Shown piece after piece: positions 29,544 to 51,734 of a stretch of DNA of 64,000 bases. Source of the DNA: Balanoglossus misakiensis (lineage: Eukaryota; Animalia; Hemichordata). The notes below the pieces were generated by a model that searched no databases, was not told the origin of the DNA, and was given only the letters and a program-made list of their open reading frames with translations. How positions within the stretch are numbered: the stretch's first letter is position 1; every line of letters starts with the position of its first letter. The position numbers were made by a program, and so were the translations under genes. The stretch spans positions 857,882 to 921,881 of the forward strand of contig CM082591.2 of the NCBI GenBank assembly GCA_040954595.2, given 5' to 3'.

Positions 29544-32500
29544 CTATAGAAAGTTGATCCCCACTCCAAACTGGAAGCCTTCACAGATCCTGAAATAAAA
29601 ACACACAAAGCTTTTGAGAATAGTCATTATCACTTAACAATTTTACATAATTATCAGCAGATAATCAGTTTGATACATCAAGAATATTTCTAGTGCAAAA
29701 TGCATCATCATACAGAACCAGTTAATCTGTGGGTGTCTGTAAAATCAGGCACTGTACCCAATGTAGACAGAAAGCCTTTCATCCCAAACAAAGGCCTAGG
29801 ATCAAGCAGACCAACACAATGAAAGGCCCCCAATTCAGAACAATACATGTACTACACACACTGCTTGTCTACATCTGATTTAAATTCTGGTCTCCTTTTC
29901 AACTCAATGCTGCATGCACTATAGAGCCACTACACCTAAAATGACTCTTCTGCTTTGAAAGCCAGGGTGGATGGCCGGTCACTGTTTGCTGCCCTCACAT
30001 GACATAAATGGAACTGTGGAAAGATTAGCCTCAGTCATCAACCACAGCTTGGCAGTGTTTGCTGCCCTCACATGTCCGAAACAGAAATGCTCCATAGTTG
30101 GTTGACTTACTTATCTGTGTTTGCTGCCCTCATTGGCACACAATAGTTTAACTCCAGTCTGGCAATTTGTCCGAGTCTTAATACAAGGCCAGCTCCATAG
30201 GACCATCTCAGTGTTTCTAACATCCTGTCAAGATTTGAGTTCCATGGTTCATCTGAAAGTGAAAGAGATTCTCACAAGTGTGGTCGAAGGATGAAAAGTG
30301 TTTTCAATCGACCGGACATGACGTGAGTACAAGTTACAGGCAAAGAGCAGCAGTGATAACACTGTACAGGTAAGAACCCCGCCCTGAGTACAATCTCACA
30401 CCTAATCAATAGATTGATTCATGCTGACACTGTGAAAATTAAATCATCTTGCTCAGCAGGAGTATCATGCAATGTTGGGGGTTGGTCAGCGGAACAATAT
30501 GAAACAGTGAAGTCCGACTTACCAAAATTGACGGTGCCGAGATTACCAGCATTGACAAAGAAGTGTGTTCGGAAGAGTTCTCCAAATCCACCTTTTCCGG
30601 GATTGAATGGAAGCGGAGTGTAGAGATGAATCCCTGCTGCCCAGAATGCCTCAGCACCAATGGAATCCCCTGGAAGGTGATAAAATGCTGTGTTACATCA
30701 AGCCCCCTATCTCCCTGTTGACAGCACTTGCTGGTAACCATATTGCTGATCCAGGCCTTAGTGTTTCAACAAACAAAACACACCACATAAGGTGAATAAG
30801 TGATTCTGCCTGTTACTACAGCAACTTACCCTCACTATGCAGTCCTATCCCTCTCATTGTGAACCCCCTTATAGAGTTTGGACCACCCAAGAAGAATCTG
30901 TCCAGAATATTTGATGGGCTATTTTCTAATGGTTTCAAGACTCCCCCGGTTAGCGAACAGGACAACACCTGCAAAATAAAAAATAAATAAATACACTGAG
31001 CATGGACATAGAAAGGTTTAATACCAAATATACAATCTGTGGATATAATTATTTATTTTCAGACAAAGTAAAATTTCTCACCATGTCCCAGAACAGTTTT
31101 TGATTAAGTTGAAATTCCACTTCTTCTTTGAAGAACTTAATATCTCCGCCGGTGTAGCCAGCTAACTCCTGGTTCAATTTCAGCAGATAGCCACTTGATG
31201 GGAAGATATTTTCATCTCTGGTATCACAGACGTAATTGTGCTGAAAGATAAAATACACAAGGAAAGTTAGGAATCTCCTCTTGAAATACCAACAAACATT
31301 ACAGCTTATTCCCCTCGTAGGGCACTAGATTTATGAAAAGGGTGTATAGGAACATAGACATTAGAGTTATACCTTTAATGATGACTTGAGTGTATGTCCC
31401 GACTCTTCCCGTACAGCAAATGATGAGGTCCTCGTCAGACAGGAAAGTTCCCTCCACACGCCTTCCCATCGTAACGACTGTCTTCCAACAATACTTGGAA
31501 ACTTAACAAAGAAGATATGAAATTGTTTGAATTTCATAATCAAGTAACAATAACTGAATCAGAAAATTATAAAAATGTTACACCACAATATGACAGGGAA
31601 ATGTGCCTTTCAAAAGGTTAACAACCACTGGTTATAATGAAGTGACAATACTCACTGATAAATCTACTGAGACTCCCCGCTCTGTGTCTCTATACCCACT
31701 GGGCGGTAACTCTGACATGACTTTGAAAGCTGTGGTTGTTAGGCTGTGAAAGAAAGAAAATAATTCTATATTTTTACATTACTGTCATCGGATAATACAT
31801 ACCACTATTGGAAACATGTAACTATGTTCCTATCACTTTCTGTCGGTTGTTTTAGATTAACAAATTGTATGTTCCATGTACAGTTGTATGTGTGCTATAC
31901 ATATTGAAACTGCAGAGGGACATGCAAGTGGCTGTTAGAACAAAGCAAGTCCATCCATTCTTACCATTTTTGTATATCTCCTTTGATGGGTTTAGTGAAA
32001 GCAACATGAAACCCGGTAGATTTCTTACTTCCGTATGAATATTCTGCTGAGACCTTCTCCGCTCTGCCGAATACATTAGGCAACTTTATCCCCAGAACCT
32101 GTTGGGTTTAAAGTGTACAAAAGTGAAAAATCCCCCTTTCACCACTATGGTTCAGTCAACTCAATTGCTTCCTATGGAAAAGTTGGACCTCTGAAGAGGG
32201 AACTGGGGGTAAAAGCAAGATAATTCTGAGATGATCTACATATATGTGTGAAAGCCTCACCAGACTCCCTTCATTATTTCCAACCAAAGTATGGACTCCG
32301 CCTCGAATCGGTTTTGCCTCCTTTACATCAAACGTCACATCCAAGCCATGTGGGTCTGCATTTTCACCTTTTGACATAAAAACAATTTGGTGCTCCAGTT
32401 AGAGTGGAAGAGAGAATGTTTGATCTGTATTGAAATGTCTGTACATGTTTATCTATGCATGTTTTGCACCATTGACACTGTAACGTACCATACTGTACAG

Positions 32501-33178
32501 TGCAGCACCTTACCTTTACTGGTGTCAATGACAATGACAATACTTTTAAATATGGCTAATTTATCCATCTTCTCCCTTGCTTCGTTCGACTTCTTGATAA
32601 CTTCTTGTATACTGGTTGCACTGAGAACATCTTTGACAATATTAGCCACCAAGTCAGCTTTGGTCTTTTTCAGGCCTTCGATATGAATGTGTTCAACTTT
32701 AGCCTGGAGGTCAAAAACAGACAACAGATGATGTTGATGACTATAGTGGCAAGCAAAGACTCGTGATTTTTTCCTCTTTCAGCAATGTTCGTTTCGTACA
32801 ACCTTCCCATTTGCCTGTTGGAAAAAATCAAGGAATACGAAGCTGATGTTTTTTACCTGTTGGTTATCCAACACTAGGACTTGTTGTTTCATTCCCGGGG
32901 GAGGTGGTGGGGGAGGGGGAGATCCTTTTCCTGCTACCATAGCTGGGTATGCATCTAAACCCTGAAAAACAAAGTAAAGAGAAGAATGCTTGGACGATTA
33001 TATTACGAAGGGTACCGTAACATACTTACCATGATCGCACATGGAAGCTTACCTGGTTGAGGTCTACGTGACACAACGATCGGTCCTGTTATCAGGCAAA
33101 ATGAACATAGATCTATCAAAAACTGCGGTTTAATATGAGATCAGTTTATACCCTTACCTTCGCATGCACCGATCCCAT
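29544..33178 (-). CDS. SAMM50: Sorting and assembly machinery component 50 (Sam50, Omp85 family)
   Basis: Starts MGSVHAK|, followed by POTRA ([13 protein letters not shown]), [83 protein letters not shown] and C-terminal [10 protein letters not shown]. Multiple GT-AG introns. Confidence 0.96.
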
Positions 33179-34515
33179 ACTGTATTTACTTATTTAGGCT
33201 AAAATCAAACGCATTACACGGGAAATCCGATGATTACCCACAGTATGCAGTTCCACTACTGTTGACCCACTCACCAACAGCTGAATCTGGACAGCATTAG
33301 AATGTGATTGGTTTTCAAATGTGCAAGTGAGAAGCACACTGATCATGGGACTCTGAATCCATACTTATCCGATTCCGATTCTGATTAGTGGTTCGCGGAT
33401 GCCTTCTGCTTCAAGAGTTCAAAGGTTATAAGAGGAATCCATTGTTAGGAGGGGTATTCAGAGTTGACAGGGGCATTTTGAGGGATAATTTGTGGTGCTT
33501 TACCTTGAAGAAGATGACGACTCTCTTTATGAGGAGGAAGCATGGAAGAATTCTATGTGCTTGTATTCTTTTGGGACCGGATATTTTAGCCCGAGGACCC
33601 CGTGATCCTACCGAATTGATATGTCTGAAAACGGGAACCATGGGAACCATTCATTGAGGATGGGGCCGCTTCGGCTGCCGAAAATCGACGGACAACATGT
33701 ACAAGAAATGTTTGGCCTGGTGAAACTTTATAATAGTACATGTACACCATGAAGCCATGGTCTCATTGTACACCTACTAGTATAATACAACTTACTAGCT
33801 GTTTATGATAAGACGTACTTCTTGCTGTTGTCAATTAAACTAACAATCTTTTGCGGCCAAATACTTCATTATCTTTCTACAATCCTTGACTTTACGCAGT
33901 CAAAAATGTGTCTAGTGGTTTGCTGTCATTAAAGTGTACTGGAAATGCGACTTTTTCTTCATGAGGACTGAAGTTCATTCTGCGTCTAACTTGTGTGTAT
34001 AGAAAACTATATCTTCAACAGTAATTAATTCATACATTACTTCAAAAGCTGTTACTTCGTGCATTTCTTAAAACAGTGGCTCATTCAGAAATCCAATAAA
34101 TGCGGGTCTCATCAAATTATCTACAGTAGCAGAAATAGTCGATTTCTTTTGAGTTTTTTGCCGCAGTTGGCCTTCAGGGAGTTAGCCCACAATTGTTCGG
34201 ATCTGACAGAACACAGTGGTGAACTCAATCGACCTTTTTCGTGTCGACTGCAGAAAAGGACGTGTGACCCCATTTAATGATCAACCCGACAGTACAGTTC
34301 GTCATATTAACTCAAAAGCACTCCTGCGGCCTGGCTCAAAGCTTCGGCCTGCTTTCGTAAAACTGAAATTATATCGGGTGCTAAGTTAGATTCTTGAGGA
34401 ACTGTGATAAATCGTTATCACTTAACTTACACCAAGCCTGGAACAACCGTCCATACAACAGAAGTGGTCGGAACCGACGTAAGCTTTCCGACGTGCAACG
34501 CAGTCCGTACACAAA

Positions 34516-37500
34516 ATGAGAGTTGAGAGTCTAGCTCTGTTCGTGTCTGTCATATATGGCTGTAGTGTTGTAGGAGAGTCACAGCTTCTCGGCAGACGCG
34601 TTGCTGTTCCCGATGGAACGATTTGGAGGGAATTGGACAAAGCGAGAGGACTACAGAACGACAGAATGTTGCAGCAGTTCGTTCACGATTCGGCGCTTGG
34701 CAACCTTCGCGGTGCCGCCATTGATCCAAGCGCCATTTTGTCGTCAGTCTCGTCAGCTGAATTCGCTTCATACAACGTCAGCCAGAAATGTGCCAACGAC
34801 ACGATTAGGTACATAATGGACATGGTTTCGAGAAAACCGTATGCAATCAAAAGTAAGTATAGAGTACGTCCAGAGAAATTGATGCGTACGTGTACTTTAA
34901 ACACTGCGTGGGGTCTTCAAGATTATATATTCCTTGTTGAGTCATGATCAGCATGATCGGAAAGATAGCATTTGTACATGTCTTGACATTGCTTGTGAGC
35001 ATATGATATATGCAAACTTGCTAATAGTTTTAATCTGGAAATGAAAATATTACGAAATCCCATCTACAGTGCTAAAAACTTGATTTTCAGGTCAAACTGT
35101 TGCAGGTTTAGAAAGACACAAACTATTTCCAAAAAGATCACATTTTACAAGCAAGAAGATGCTTATGTTGAATGTGTCTTTTGATCAAGAGAACCACGTG
35201 ACCGTGAGAGAATAGATCAAGGAGAGGAGCTCTCGGTTGTTATAGTGACCGAGTTTGTACACCTCCAGGGTGCAGTGTTCAAGGCTAAGCCACTGAGAAG
35301 GACAGCTGTGTTCTTTAAATGTGATTCCAATTTTGGAGACATCAAGAAGTATAAACTGACAAACCAGGGGCTCATCGAGTTCGGAAAAGGTTCTATTCAA
35401 TATAATGGCAGTAAGTAAGCGTGGCTCCTTACATACTTCTCGCTTGTCATTCTACCAACAGTGCTCGATTCTATGGCTAAGCCGCCTGCAGGAATTATGG
35501 AAGGCAACTTTCAATGGATCGGAGCTCCTGAGGAGTGTCGTGGGGTCAAAAGTGATGATTACGTCAACGGTCCAGGTTTTAATGGAAGATATTGCCAGGC
35601 TTACTTTTCATTGGGAGGTCCCGAGGTAGGTCACGTGTCTTTGCTTTGCGATGTGAAATGAAAGAAAGGAGTCAAGCTACAGATCTTGACCTGGACTGGT
35701 GAGAAAGGTCATTGACGGATATGCCTTTGTTTAGTCGGATAACACTGCCCTGTTGCCCTTCAGCTTGTTATACGTCGTAGGTGCGCTTTGCAAAGACTTC
35801 TTTGCGCTTTTCATTTGCGTTTGTGCAAGGGTCTGTTCAAAGGGTTGATGTCCTGAAAAGATTCGGTTCAATGGGGCTTTAAGTAGGGTTTGAACAAGAG
35901 TGACAGAGACTCCCATGGTGCACTTCGATACCATGGTTACCGAACTTACCGGTTGTTGTTAAATCTTATAGCGCGGTCTTTAAAGTTTACGATCACCCCT
36001 GCAAATTAAACGACGGTTACCATGGAAAGTTGAGATCTGGCTATCTCGTAGGAAAACTTAGACATCCTTGTCACTATTTAATTAAATAAGCGCCCCGACA
36101 ACAAAACTATGAAGAGCTATCAGTGTTTGCAAATGGCTGGGTGTAGATCTAACGCGTTAAACGGAACAAATACAATATGACATGAACGTCTTGTTATTTT
36201 GCTATGCTCGACCTTTCCATATCTCGATTGAACATACAGGTCATCACGAGTTCACGACCTTGTCAAGCACACCTTATCAAATATAGCAATACAAACATAA
36301 GAATCTAAATGCATTGTAAATGTAAATAAAAACCACCAATGGTTTTGGTAAAAAAATTACTTTGTGTTCAGATAAGAAATATATTTATGCGTTTAAGCCT
36401 AATTGCAAATGGTGTTGCATGCCATTATGTGTTTTAATTGATTACTTTTCTTTCGCATGTTCTTTGATCACAGAACGAAATGTTTCCTGGTGCGTTCTCT
36501 GCATTCGTGTACGGCTTTTGTGTTCCTGATACCTGTGTAGGTGCTGATGTCTCAGAGATGTTACATGCAGGTAAGTGCCTGGCAAAATTTTAAATTTATA
36601 GCTAAACTTTTGGTGGAGTTGGGTGGATGCTTGCGTGGCCAAGACATTAGGGTAAGATGGCGACTGTCCCAACCTCGATCCAGGACGTCGACCTCGTACC
36701 AGCCCATTTAAATTGCAATAAAACAGAGTGTTATTGCTCACAACATAATTCACTCAACCGGAATATTTATCGTTGTAAAGATTAGTTATTGTGACTCGAG
36801 TGTCATACAACAAATAAGTTGATGTGGTTACTTCAATTACAGGACTTGAACTCTTACCAATAAAGGGTCAGAACGCTTCGCATGTACTTTGCGCAGAGGA
36901 CCAGAAAATATCCACCGGTGCGATCGTCATGTTGTAAGTGATGCTTAATAGTATTCGCGAGATATCGCGAGGCTTGATTAACAGGTTGCAAGCCAAGTAA
37001 AGCAGAGTTTGAAATGAAGTGCAGAGTTTGACAAAAATTATGCGTTAGCATTCAGGTGTTATATTCGGTGCCTTGATTCTAAATCGCCTGTCTTTCTTGA
37101 TCCGCTTTAGTGTTATTATTGGCATATTAGTATTACTGATGATTATTGGCACGGCCTACCAGTTGGTCATCCAGTTCATGCAACGAGAGAAAGACAGCGA
37201 CGAGAACATCCTGCCAGTTTCTTTACAACATGACGTCAGAGAAGACGAGGAGATATTGACGCTAACAAAACTCGATCCAAAGGGTCTACAGTATAAGCCA
37301 GGTATGTTTCTGTTTGAGGAAACTTCCAAAGATGATTTGATTTTAATTGGAAGAAATGACACATCAGAAGTTTAATAGACCGCGTAGTACTCATTCGATG
37401 ATTTTTGACGTCATTGATATTAGCATTATGTGCTGAGAACAGCGGATGGCAACATGTGCGCTCATATCTTACAGGTGTCTTCGGTCAGTGTCTTCTGGCG

Positions 37501-38259
37501 TTCTCTGTCCTGGAGAATGGTCGGAAGATCTTGGACACCACTCACGCCTCCGGTACACTGGCTGCTATTCATGGTATTCGGGTTCTCAGCATGTGGTGGG
37601 TCATTCTTGGACACAGTTATATCTTTACGGTTATGGTTTCAGGTTAGTTTCCAGTTGGATTATCTCTGAAGAAACTACATTGTTGTTGTTGTTGTTGTTG
37701 TTGTTTTCGTGTCCCGTAAATTGTGCTATTTAGCGATGATAATTCAAACGACTGATTTTAAAAGAGTTAAAATTATTACCTACCAAATGCAACTTTATTC
37801 CCAATACTATGTGATATAATTTTCTATATGTACAAATGGGATATCTTTTTTGCAGACAATATTACCGCCATGCAAGATGTTATGAAACGGTTCTCATTCC
37901 AAGCAATATCGAACGCCACATTCTCAGTGGATACATTCTTCTTTCTCAGGTAGAGTAACTCTAATATGAATGGGTACGACTTGCAACAGACATGAATATA
38001 AATGAGTAGGAATACTAATAAGTATCCGGCACTCAAGACAAGCTAAGCAGAACTTTGTAGTTTTAGTTGAATACGTTATATTGTGTGTGAAAATATCTGC
38101 ATTTAAGCATTTTCTAATTTTAGATATGTCTTGTCTCTCTATCTTCTTCACAGTGGATTGCTGGTAACTTATCTCACGTTGAAAGAGCTAAATGGTGGTC
38201 ATAAAGTAAATTGGGCGATTTTCTACTTGCATCGTTTTTGGAGGTAAGTTAGTTTTGGT

Positions 38260-38293
<34 letters not shown>

Positions 38294-40302
38294 GTCCGTC
38301 CGTGCATCTTTACTGTAGTTTGTCTGAATCTTCTAACATGGTTCTGTAACATGGTTTTTTTCTCGACAGATTGACACCGATGTACATGTTCGTGATTTTC
38401 TTCTCGACCTACGTAGTGCCACTTTTCGGAAGCGGTGCGTTCAAAATGGCATATAACAGTGTCGAAAACCCCTGCCTCAAGTATTGGTGGACGAACCTGC
38501 TGTATATCAATAACTTGTATCCAGGTGATCTACAGGTAATTATGCAGAGAATCACAGTCTGTTTTTTGAATATTCTAATTTCCCGAAAATTGCAGAAGTA
38601 TTCCTAAGTTACAAGCGGCCGATGGACGAACAGTCCACCTATCTCATAGGCTCCAGCGGAGCTAACTAACATCCATGTTGTTGGTCTTTTAGTCTCAGTG
38701 TTTTCCATTAGGTTGGTATCTGGCAAACGACATGCAGTTTCACGTCATCAGTCCCTTGGTGATTGTGCTGTTGTACAAGTGAGTATTAATGTACGTAATA
38801 AGTATATCAGGAATATGAAGATTATACTTGGACAAGAGAACTTTTGACAGAAATGACATGTCCAAATGTGCGTTCCTCTTCCAGACGGCCGAAAATTGGT
38901 TATGCTGCAATGGGCGTTCTCTTGTCAGGATGTCTAGCTGTGCGAGCTGGTTTGAGTGTTCATTTAGGTCTGACATCAAGCTTGAACGACCAGTAAGTCT
39001 AATATTTTTGTTCACGATTGCGTGTAAGCGGTGTTGCCATGTTCGTGTTTTAGCACGTGCTTTCAAATAGCAATAATAGGTTATGTTTAGACATTGACTA
39101 CATGCAACCGATATTGTCTCAACCCTGTTATGACGTCAACAGATTCAATATGGCAAACGGAACTCAGACCAACTTCAACTCAGCAGCCTTCTACGTCAAA
39201 CCGTGGAATCGCATTGCCACTTACGTCATCGGGATGTTTGTTGGTTACCTCTTGGTGAAGACTTCATGCAAATTAAAGATTCACAGAGTAAGATAAAGTA
39301 TTTTTGTCCCATACTCATGCTGATGTCGTCTCCTCCTAGCGATGATTAACGTGAATATTGCCGATGATATTTAACGTGGTTTACGTCACCAGTTCTTGCG
39401 CTGATTCCCGGAACTATATTCACCACCAACAGGTCATTAATCTCCTGGGTTGGGCAGCTGCATGGGCCATTGCTTTGGCTGTGTTGTATGGATTATACGG
39501 AACACTTCATGGAGTGGTCCTGTCTCGTTCGGTTGATGTCTTTTACACGACTGTTTGTAGGACTGCATGGGGCGTCGCTATTGGCTGGCTCACTTTCGCC
39601 TGTCTCACAGGAAACGGAGGTAGGAAAACGTATCCTTTATTTTACATGTCTTAGAGTAATTATGTAAAAAAGAAACAACTGATGGTTAATTTTGACCTTG
39701 TTATAATTTTATACGGAATTGAGACCATCAACATGGCGGAAAACCCTGTGATGTGATTGGTCAACTTTTCTATATTGACCTCGTTTTGAGTTCAAATCCA
39801 TGATGGCTGCGTGAGGGCACTAGACTTTTCAAAATGGTGGTTGATGTCTGCCGTTCCCACTTCCCACAGGTCCAATCAACGCCATTCTCGCGTGGAAGGC
39901 GTGGATACCTATCAGTAGATTAACATACGCCGCTTATCTGACACATTTCGAGGTGATGATTGTTTACTACCAGTACCGAGACAGGCTGCTTCATGTGACC
40001 GATATAGATGAGGTAAGAATTTTGAACTGCTCTACACAGATTGCGTCAAAATTATGAAATGCATTGATGGAGTTATGTTGTTTGTTTGCCTATACCCGAA
40101 ATAATGGTGTCATCCTTTCTAGATCTTTTCCTTCCCTCCTTCCTTCCTAACTTCCTTCTCTCTCTGTAACCACTTGTAGATCTACCATTTCTTGGCTGCG
40201 TTGGTCATATCCTACTGCATATCATTCATACTCTCTCTGATGGCCGAAGCTCCGATGAGGAAACTCGAGAGAATCGTCCTTGGCAAAGACAAAGAGAAAT
40301 AA
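34516..40302 (+). CDS. Nose resistant to fluoxetine-6 / O-acyltransferase-like protein (NRF domain + acyltransferase-3 TM domain)
   Basis: Signal peptide; NRF domain (CAND..MLDSMAKPPAGIMEGNFQWIGAPEEC..GRYC..GFCVPDTC); AT3 motifs AIHGIRVLSMWWVILGHSY, FSVDTFFFLSGLL, HRFWRLTP, WWTNLLYINN, WYLANDMQF, YVKPWNR, SRLTYAAYLTH and EAP. Ends KDKEK* at 40300-40302. Confidence 0.92.
38259..38302. repeat. (CCAT)n/(CCGT)n tetranucleotide microsatellite in an NRF-6-like intron
   Basis: ccatccatccat..ccgtccgtccgt run. Confidence 0.9.
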
Positions 40303-41559
40303 AGCTTCATGTCCTGCATCAAAACTCGACATTGAGTGATATTATACTATAGTCGCCTAGCAACGGGCGTCAGCGCCCAGAATTATTGGGTCACACCGCC
40401 ATCATTAAAATGCACATTTACGAATCGTACACGCAAGCTCACGTAATTTCGATGTTACTGGCAATTTAAGATGTTCGCTATGCCTTTTTGTAGGGTTTTG
40501 TAAAATTCAATTGTTTTATTGAGTCACGTCGACATTCTGAAGGACGGGTTGAGCAAAGTGTGTCTGGTTAGTCTGTGAATTACGATAGTTTCAGCAAATT
40601 GCAATGTTAGTTTTTTCAACTTTTGGAATAGAAACTTAAGCTGTAGAGATGCCTGGGGGGCAGACAGATAGGCAGGCAGGCGTTCGGCGTATGAGTAGTC
40701 ATGTCGTTTGTATATTGCTTGACAATCATTTTATGGATCTTGTGGAAATTGGGCATGACAGTCATATCCATGTTTTAATGAAATTGAATGGCTTGTTGAT
40801 TTTTAGATGAAAATTATGTTCATTAAATATACCAAGTGTCACTTTTTACAAACCTTTCGTGCATACTTTTTGTGGTGTGAAAACAGTCACTTTGGTCTCT
40901 GACCTTGGACAGCGCCCTCCAGTTACAAGTGACAGTTACACGTGATTACGTTGTGTGGTCCTTTCCACCCAACGGAAGAAGCAGGGGGGTCTGGGTAACC
41001 GAGACTACCTCTTCACTCGCTGAAGGATGTCTAGAAGTCATGAGCGTTCTGATTGGTGAGTGTACATATCTTGTCTGGGAATATTCAACATTTTAAAATG
41101 TACAGCGAACTTGAGCCATCTATGCTAAGCAAAACATTCTAGCCTGTCATTGGAAATGTCTCGTGAATCGGTATTGTTGTCAGGGTGGGAATCGTCTGAA
41201 AGTCTTGTTAATTACGTCACACGGCGGCGGCCATCTTCCCTAGTTAAACCAGCATAGTGCCATCTAGCGATAGCATTTGGACAGGAAGCCATACTAGACC
41301 GACTGCGTCTACACATTAATTTGACGAACTACTATAGTTTACCGTGAAAGTTTTATTAGCAAAACAAAAATAAAAAATACATATAAAGTAACAAAAAATG
41401 ATAACACGCGTTAACGTGATTTCGGTTGATATTATAGTGTTAACGTGATTTCGGTTGTTACAACTGACAACAATAGCGTGCACCATAAACTGTCCATTAC
41501 TCGGGTAAAATCCCATAAAATGCAAATAGGTTTCTTGCGTTCTGACTCCGACCATTCCA

Positions 41560-46446
<4,887 letters not shown>

Positions 46447-47281
46447 TCCAGATCGGTGACTCTATCACAAGGCTAGTCGCAGCGATGACTAGGCATCCGT
46501 GACTACTTTGACCTGTGGCTTGTCTTTTAAAACAGTGCACAGAAGAGTTCTGAAGTGGCGTTCTGTGGTGCCGTTACCTTTCTTATAGTGTTTGGGCGTC
46601 GTCATTATTTATAGGGGTGCGTTGGACTTCTTCCCTTCTTCCCAAAATCTAAGGGTGACGCATTTATTGGCCCGACGTCCAAAGAAACAACATATAGGTG
46701 TAGACATTACTCATACTTGTGTATACCTTCCACAAGACGATGTAAACAAGTCAAACTATTTATTTCTTTGTGAAGACATCGAATTCCCTAGCATGTGTCC
46801 TCGGTTACTCAAAGAAACACGGGGATGTCATGCGTGTTACAGGCCAGGGCTGCTGCACAATACAATGATTGCGTGGTCGTTTGTTCATACCGTTGTTGCT
46901 CTTTATTGTCTGTGTGCTATTGGCTAAGCTTTGGTAATGGCAAAGCGATGTTTCTCAATTTAAGGTCCATTTTTCAGTGGATTTTCATTCGAATTCCGAT
47001 TGTTGGGCATCCGAAGAGCAATCCAAGTCTGAAAGTGTGTGTGCACTGGAATGCAAATAAATACAGCGTCATACTACGAGCGAGAAATAGCTTCGCAAAT
47101 TTATTTGATTCTGCAACTGATCTCTAGCACACTTTCAAATTGGAAAAATCATTTCAGGAAAACTTATTACAACATTGTTATATGTAAAAAGTCCCAGCAA
47201 GTAAGTCGACAGTACGTCCTTATTTGGTAGATTTCTGGACTTTCATGTGTAATTAATCTTCAATCAGCCGCCATATTGTTG

Positions 47282-50825
<3,544 letters not shown>

Positions 50826-51615
50826 GTTGCTCGCTTGGTACACGTCAGCAGTCGGAGTCTTGTACTATAGGCAGGACGAGCTATGTGAGCAAAAAGTGTT
50901 GATATCACCCTAGGATATCGTAGCACACAGGTAAAATTTATAGGTTCTATGAATTTTGGGAGTTTATTTTGTGTCCAAAAATGCGTGGGTTCCGCTTGAC
51001 TGAACCAAGTGGGAGGTTAATGCGAAAATTCGGCTCTGTTATTTGTTTTATTTATTGGCTTTCGTTGTGAATGGTTAAAATTTACAACTTGCGTGATTGG
51101 TTGACTTGTCTATTCTGCGATGGACATATAAGTCGTACATAGAAACACATTAACCGGCGCTCTATCAAACACAATCATACCACAATTTTATTGTGGATGT
51201 TTTGTTATGATCGGTTTGCAGTTTATTGCCTTAGAAATGTATTGCTGCGAGTGGGAAATACATCAGTGGCTGACCTTTACAGTTTACATATAATAACTAT
51301 AAGTCGATTCTTGGAATAAATTCATAATGTAAACGCGCCAAACAGAGGGGTGGCAGACATGTAAACATCATATGTGGCTCACTGCTGGTACCCAGCCGCA
51401 GACGTCAGCGGTTTCTTTGGCCTTCCATGGCGACAAAGAGCGAAGGAAGCGAAAAGAATAAAACCGAACACGGTGGTAGAAAAAGACACTCAGATTTATT
51501 GAATATGACCACGTAAATAAAATAGATCACATAGAAATTATACCAACAAAATTAATTACTGATGATAACGACGAGAACAAAGAAATACGATAGTAATGAT
51601 CTGTACGATCATATA

Positions 51616-51669
51616 GTTGTTGTTGTTGTTGTTGTTGTTGTTGATGATGATGATGATGATGATGATGAT
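51616..51669. repeat. Compound (GTT)n(GAT)n microsatellite
   Basis: gttgttgtt.. switching to gatgatgat.. downstream of the LDLa gene. Confidence 0.95.
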
Positions 51670-51734
51670 CAGGATGACCCTAATAACACCTCGCAGGATC
51701 CAGCCAACTGTTTGTAATCGAAATCTTCCCAAAC

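Noticed and set aside
9753-33178. Idea that hydrolases A/C, the TMEM53-like gene and SAMM50 form a functional mitochondrial gene cluster
   Set aside because: Presequences are only inferred by eye, and adjacency in animal genomes is usually incidental.
33388-33720. Short ORFs between the SAMM50 and NRF-6-like starts
   Set aside because: No recognisable motif or consistent splice structure; treated as promoter/intergenic sequence.
36630-36705. tRNA/SINE-like words (gtggccaag..ggtaag) in an intron; also tagcctagtgg near 44539
   Set aside because: No B-box (GTTCRA) or cloverleaf could be built.
41409-41458. Two copies of gttaacgtgatttcggttg about 29 bp apart
   Set aside because: A simple local tandem duplication downstream of GH9-1; only two units in a eukaryotic context, so not CRISPR-like.
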